From Felis catus (taxonomy: Eukaryota): 64,000 nucleotides of DNA. A model generated the notes under the pieces. It saw only the letters and a list, made by a program, of their open reading frames with translations, searched no databases and was not told where the DNA came from. The DNA lies in the NCBI RefSeq assembly GCF_018350175.1, contig NC_058382.1, positions 57,600,001-57,664,000 on the forward strand, in the 5' to 3' direction. Positions 59,001 to 64,000 of the stretch are shown piece by piece. Made by a program: the position numbers and the translations under genes. Position 1 is the first letter of the stretch, and each line of letters begins with the position of its first letter.

Positions 59001-60089
59001 CCGGAGTTGGCAGGCCAGGCCAGCCGGAGCCCCTCCTGTCCCCTTCCCGAAGACCGAGGGGTCCTGGTTCTCCAGGACGTGCAGTTTGGTTTCGTTGCGA
59101 CCCGGGGGACTTCTTTTGAGTCCAGTAATCGGGGACACGTCTGCCAAGCGTGTGCCTGCTTGGACTTCAGTGCTGGTCTGAGAAGGGCCGTGAGGCTCCC
59201 GGCGGGCGCCCGGAGGGCAAGTTTCCAATTGCACGTTTCAGACGCGGGGTGTGCGAGCCCCCGGGCGTCGTGTGCCGTTCCGTTGGGGTGAGCTCAGCAC
59301 AAACAAAAGGCTAAACCTAAGGATTAAGTTCTCCTTCAAATACTTACGGGTTTCCAGCTTCTGGGGAAAATAGGCCTGGGAAAAATCTCTTTGGGGTTTC
59401 ATGAAACACTTGGAAAATAAATCTGAAAAACATTTTCCAAACCCGGGATGGTTCCAGCCTGAATCCCAGTTGATACTTAATAACTAGGTCTATAGGGGCT
59501 TTGCCAGTCCGCTCGGAGGGCTGTAAACGGTTGTAAACGGCTAAGGAGACCTCTCCTGGGGATTTGTGCTGGTGCAGATGGGGTCTTGGGGTCGCTGATC
59601 TAGCAAACCTCCGCCATCACAAAACAGCCTTCCCCACTCGCCTCCCGCCCCCTGCCCAGAAATACTCGCCCTGAGTCCACTGTTAACCATCACCAGAATC
59701 AGGTCTTGGGGCAGCTTCAGTTGGATTTATTCATTCTTCAAACCGTTACTGAGCACCAGCTCAGGGCCGTGATTGGCTTGTAGTTGCGGGGAGATCAGAA
59801 GTGAAAGGAGGTGAGAATTTCGCCCATTTTGATGAAGTCACAGTCTGTGGGAGGACCCTGGGCCCGGGGCCCGGGACTGGGAGGGAAGCAACGGCGTGCG
59901 CTCCGGTCCCAGCACAAGAGGAGGGTGGGAGAGCCCAGAGGGAGGGCAGACTGTGCATAAGAGCCGGGGGGGGGGGGGGGGGATGGCAGGTGGAGGGTAG
60001 GGTGGGGGGTGGGAGAGCCCAGAGGGAGGGCAGATTGCACAGGTGCAAACAAGTTCAACCTTCCTCTTTCTCACAAGTATTTTCTCTCT

Positions 60090-61680
60090 TCTGGGTCCTT
60101 TGCTTTCCCCATTGGCTTTACTTCCAGCTTGCCTCTGTCTACAAAAACTGTGCTGGAATTTTCTTTGGTAATGTGTCAAGACCTAGAGATCAACCTGGGG
60201 AGAATTTGCAACTTAGTGACGTCGAATCTTCCGGTCCATAAGCACCGTACCTCTCCCTTTATTTAGGCCTTTGATTTCTTCCCTGGGTGCTTTCAGGAAA
60301 CCTACCAGTCATGTTTAAATTTAGATTTATACCTAAGTGTTTCATTTTGGAGGAGCAATCGTAAATGGCGTTATCCTTGAGATGTCTGTTATCACTTGCT
60401 TATTGCGAGTGTATAGAAATAGGATTGAACTCTGTCGGCCTTGTATCCTGAGACTTGGCTCAACTCATTTCAATCAGCTACTTTTACACGTTCCTTAAAA
60501 TTCTCTACGTGGACAGTGATGTGTGCAAACGGGGACAGTTCTGTTTCTTCTGTTCTAGTCTGTTTCTTTTTCTTGCAATATCTCGCTGGCTGGGCCTTCC
60601 AGTAAAATGTAGCTTAGGAATGGTAAGTGTGTGTGTGTGCGTGTGTGCGTATTTTGTTTCCGAATCTACGGGAGGTCACTTGGTCTCTCTCCATCAGGTA
60701 TAATCAGGTATATGCTAACCAAGGAAGTTTTGTAGACGTCCTTAGTCACATTAAGGAAGTTCCCTTCTCTCTGCTTTCTGCGCGTTTTTATCATGAACGG
60801 GTGTTGAATTTTGTCAAATGCTGTTCTGCACCAATTTTTTTTTCTTTTTTTTTGTTCTGCACCAATTTTGATATGATCGTGTGTTTTCTTCTTTGTTAAT
60901 ACGATGGAGTATGTCGATTGATTTTTTCCTTTTCTAATACGTTGCCAGCCTTGCACTCCTGGGATAAACACCATTTGGTCACGGTAGATTCTATTTTTTA
61001 TGTAATGCTGGATTCAGTTTGCTAATATCTGTTGAAGAGTTTTGTGTCTGTGTTCATGATGCACACGGGTCTGTACATTGTCCTGTTTTCGTATGGTTTG
61101 GGCGTCAGAATAATACTGGTCTCACGACATCAATTGACGAGGATTTCTTTCTCTTTCATTTTCTGGGAGACACTGGTGTACGATTGGTGTTGTTTCTTCT
61201 TTAAATATTTGGGAGAATTCACCAGTAAAACCATCTGGGCCTGAAGATTTCTTGTCTTTAGCTACAAGTTCCATTTCTTTAAGATACAGGCCAAGAAATA
61301 GGACTCGTGGGCGACTGGTTCCTCTTGGATGAGTTCTGGTCGTCTGTGCTTTATCGGGAATTTTTCTCATTCATCCATCTGCATCGTTGAGTTTATGTGC
61401 ATAGAGATACTTAAAGTGTTCTCACATTACCCTGTTAGTGTCCGTGAGGTCTGGTGATAGGCCCCTTTTATTCTGGGTATCGGTCATGAGTGTCTCCCCA
61501 CCCCCCACCCCATCTCTCCCCCTCCCCCCGCTTTTTTGTCAATCGTGCCAGAAGTCTGTCCAGTTTTATTGGTCTTTTTTAAAGTACCAGTTTCTGGTTT
61601 CATTGCTTTTCCCTCGTTTTCTCTTTCCAGTGTCGTTGACTTTCGCCTTTCATCTTTGTTATTTCCTTCCCTCTGCTCAC
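60090..61680 (-). mobile_element. Degenerate L1 ORF2 (reverse transcriptase region) fragment
   Basis: Minus-strand ORF pieces FIPGVQGW...AFDKIQHPFMIKT (60666..60974) and KKSSGPDGFTGEFSQIFKEE (61122..61370) match L1 ORF2p motifs; frames are broken. Confidence 0.9.
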
Positions 61681-61789
61681 TCACAGGGCATGACTCATGC
61701 AGGGAGTGAATGCGCGCACAGCCAAGAATCTCTATTTTTAATACTCACGGCGAGTGCCACCGCTCATTAAACGCGTACTTGCACGCTCC

Positions 61790-61960
61790 CCATCGGGCAC
61801 TCACCAGGTCCTAAGCACTTCACGGCCCTCTCGTGGAGCTGCCCCGCAGCCCTGTGGGGTAGATTGTGCTCACGACCCTCATTGAGAGGCAGGAAGAGTG
61901 GGGCCCAGAGAAGGGAAGTGACTTTCCCAAGGGCACACAGCAAGGAAGCGCTGTGGCGAA
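61790..61960 (-). mobile_element. MIR fragment
   Basis: ctaagcacttcac...gccctgtggggtag...cccagagaagggaagtgactttcccaagggcacacagc. Confidence 0.7.
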
Positions 61961-62792
61961 GACTCCAACACGGTGCCCTTTTCGTGGTGCCTCTTAGGAT
62001 AATGAAGAAAATAAAACGCCGACGTGCCCCCAGGTAAACACAGCAGGCCAGCTGAGCTTGATTAAGAATTCTGGGAAGCCGGACACACACCGGAGTTGGC
62101 TCCTTTTCGGATGGAGCCAGACCACGTCACTCTGGGGAACTTCTTAACCTTCCCTTCCGCTGACCCGGCCCGGTCTTGGGCAGCAGCACTGACTCAGAGA
62201 GGTCCGGTTCTAAGGAGGTAGGGCCAGAAATTTCCCCGACTCCGTCATTTTGATGAATCTCAGAAACAGGTCACGGCAGGGGCGGGGGTGGGGGGGCTTG
62301 CACAGCTGCAAGGGCTCCATCGGGTTGCCGCTGTTACTGAATAGCTGGCAGCCCGCCTCCCTTTGCCCTGGGGTCGTAATGAGCCCAGAGGGTGCGGCTA
62401 GGGGTGCGGACTGTTGGACAGGTAGGTGTCCTTCTGCTGCAAGTTCCCGGGATGCCCTGTCCTGGCAGGTCGCCATCAGCCTACGTTGAACGGTGCCCTG
62501 GGGGGGCGGGTTGGGGGGGGGAGCTCCCGGCTTGCACGTGCCACTCTGTCCTCCCTCTGCGGGACGCCCTGCCACCTGCCTCCCTTCGGTCCCTCTGGCC
62601 CTTCCTCTCTCCCTTCTTGTTTTTTTCTCCTCTTCCCTCCCACTCATTTTTCTTTCATTTTCCTGTTTTGCACATCTCCCTCTAAAGCAACACATGCCCT
62701 CTGTAAGCAATTTTTGTCAGGCATGGAACAGCGGGAAAGAAATGATTCCATAATCTCATTCACATGACCGTGTATTTCTTTTTGGCCTTTTT

Positions 62793-63124
62793 TTTTTTAA
62801 TGTTTTATTTATTTTTGAGGGAGACGGAGAGACAGAGTATGAACAGGGGAGGGGCAGAGAGAGAAGGAGACGCAGAATCCGAATCAGGCTCCAGGCTCCG
62901 AGCTGTCAGCCCAGAGCCGGACGTGGGGCTCGAAACCACAAACTGTGAGATCACGACCTGAGCCGAAGTCAGGGGAGGGGCAGAGAGAGAGGGAGACAGA
63001 ATCCGAAGCAGGCTCCGGGCTCCGAGCTGTCAGCACAGAGCCCGATGTGGGGCTCAAACTCGTGAACTGTGAGATCAGGACCCAAGCTGAAGTCAGACGC
63101 TTAACTGAGCCACCCAGGTGCCCC
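62793..63124 (-). mobile_element. Composite SINEC with a duplicated ~125-bp core under one TSD
   Basis: TSD tctttttggccttttt / tctttttagccttttt; units at 62844-62969 and 62970-63093. Confidence 0.9.
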
Positions 63125-63164
63125 TCTTTTTAGCCTTTTTATGTTCCTTTTATATATTTAGGAT

Positions 63165-63383
63165 TTCGGTATATAGTTTTTTTTTTAATTTATTTATTTT
63201 GAGAGAGAGAGAGGGAGAGTGAGCTAGTGGGGGAGGGACAGAGAAAGAGAGAGAGAGAGAATCCCAGTCCACACTGTCCATGCAGAGCCTGACTTGGGGC
63301 TCGAATTCATGAAGCACGAGATCGTGACCTCGAGCCGCAGTCAAAGGCAGGACACTTAACCGATTGGGCCACCCAAGTGCCCC
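63165..63383 (-). mobile_element. Older SINEC
   Basis: Flanks tatttaggatt; core motifs. Confidence 0.88.
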
Positions 63384-63694
63384 TGTGTATTTAGGATTAT
63401 ACCCCTGATATGATGTTGTTTTTCTCTACTTTTTGCTTAGTGTATTTCACAAGCTTTTCCCCGGGGCCACGGAAAACACCATCATGGTTCAGGGTGGTTC
63501 TGGGGATTTCACTGTGCATCTTTAATTTCCTGCAGCTGAGTTGAGGTTACTAGTGAATGACTCCAGGAACATGCAGGAACATTGCAACAGTACATTTCCA
63601 TTTATCTCCCCTGCCCCCCTCAACTTTGTGCCCTTGTGGTCCATATACACTGTAAACCCAGCAAGGCAGTATTACAGTATTTACTTTAAAAAAA

Positions 63695-63908
63695 GTTTTT
63701 TTTTTTTTATTATTCTTTATTTATTTTTGAGAGAGAGATCGTGAGCGGGGGAGGAACAGAGAGAGGGAGACCCAGAATCCGAAGCAGGCTCCATCCAGGC
63801 TCCGAGCTGTCAGCCCAGAGCCCGACGTGGGGCTCGAACTCACAGACCGCGAGATCGTGACCTGAGCCGAAGTCGGACGCTCAACCGACTGAGCCCCCCA
63901 GGCGCCCC
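63695..63908 (-). mobile_element. SINEC
   Basis: T tail; full body ending ccaggcgcccc. Confidence 0.93.
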
Positions 63909-64000
63909 TTCATCCCTTTGCTTTAACCTGTCTGGGGCTTTGTATCTCAAGTTGGTTTCTTGCAGACAGCACATCATGCCTTGCCTTTTCATACAATCTG

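Noticed and set aside
60666..61370. Active or domesticated reverse transcriptase
   Set aside because: L1 ORF2 motifs are fragmented by frameshifts and stops; a decayed insertion.
1..64000. A new multi-gene system, CRISPR array, operon or foreign insert
   Set aside because: The window is explained by one spliced mammalian gene plus common repeats. The 49-bp repeat has no spacers, and I saw no block resembling bacterial, viral or mitochondrial DNA.
50000..64000. Exons of the next syntenic gene (CRISPLD2 in human)
   Set aside because: No signal-peptide, CAP or LCCL coding sequence is recognisable in this part of the window.

Overview
Mammalian genomic DNA, most likely from a felid: it carries about 29 carnivore SINEC elements, two of them of the young cat-type subfamily. 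The window contains coding exons 2-14 and the 3' UTR of USP10 (ubiquitin-specific peptidase 10) on the + strand, from 10106 to about 49880. Exon 1 and the promoter lie upstream, outside the window. The 13 exons splice in consistent phase to 2376 nt (791 aa plus stop). Adding the 7-aa exon 1 known from human gives 798 aa, with FGDF, PAM2, T42-Q, S337-Q, catalytic Cys424 and His749 at the human positions. The remainder is intronic or intergenic sequence with SINEC, old L1/L2/MIR fragments, a Tigger2-type DNA element and microsatellites. The ORF track outside these exons is almost all noise, apart from degenerate L1 ORF2 pieces near 60.6-61.4 kb. I found no new gene family or multi-gene system. 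The most notable signals are regulatory or evolutionary: a U12-type minor intron splitting the catalytic Cys box, a 3x49-bp tandem repeat that multiplies a heat-shock element, Asn at the position of the human AMPK site Ser76, two candidate poison exons, an old local duplication bracketing exon 3, and a chimeric SINE. Comparisons with human USP10 and repeat consensi are from memory and were not computed.
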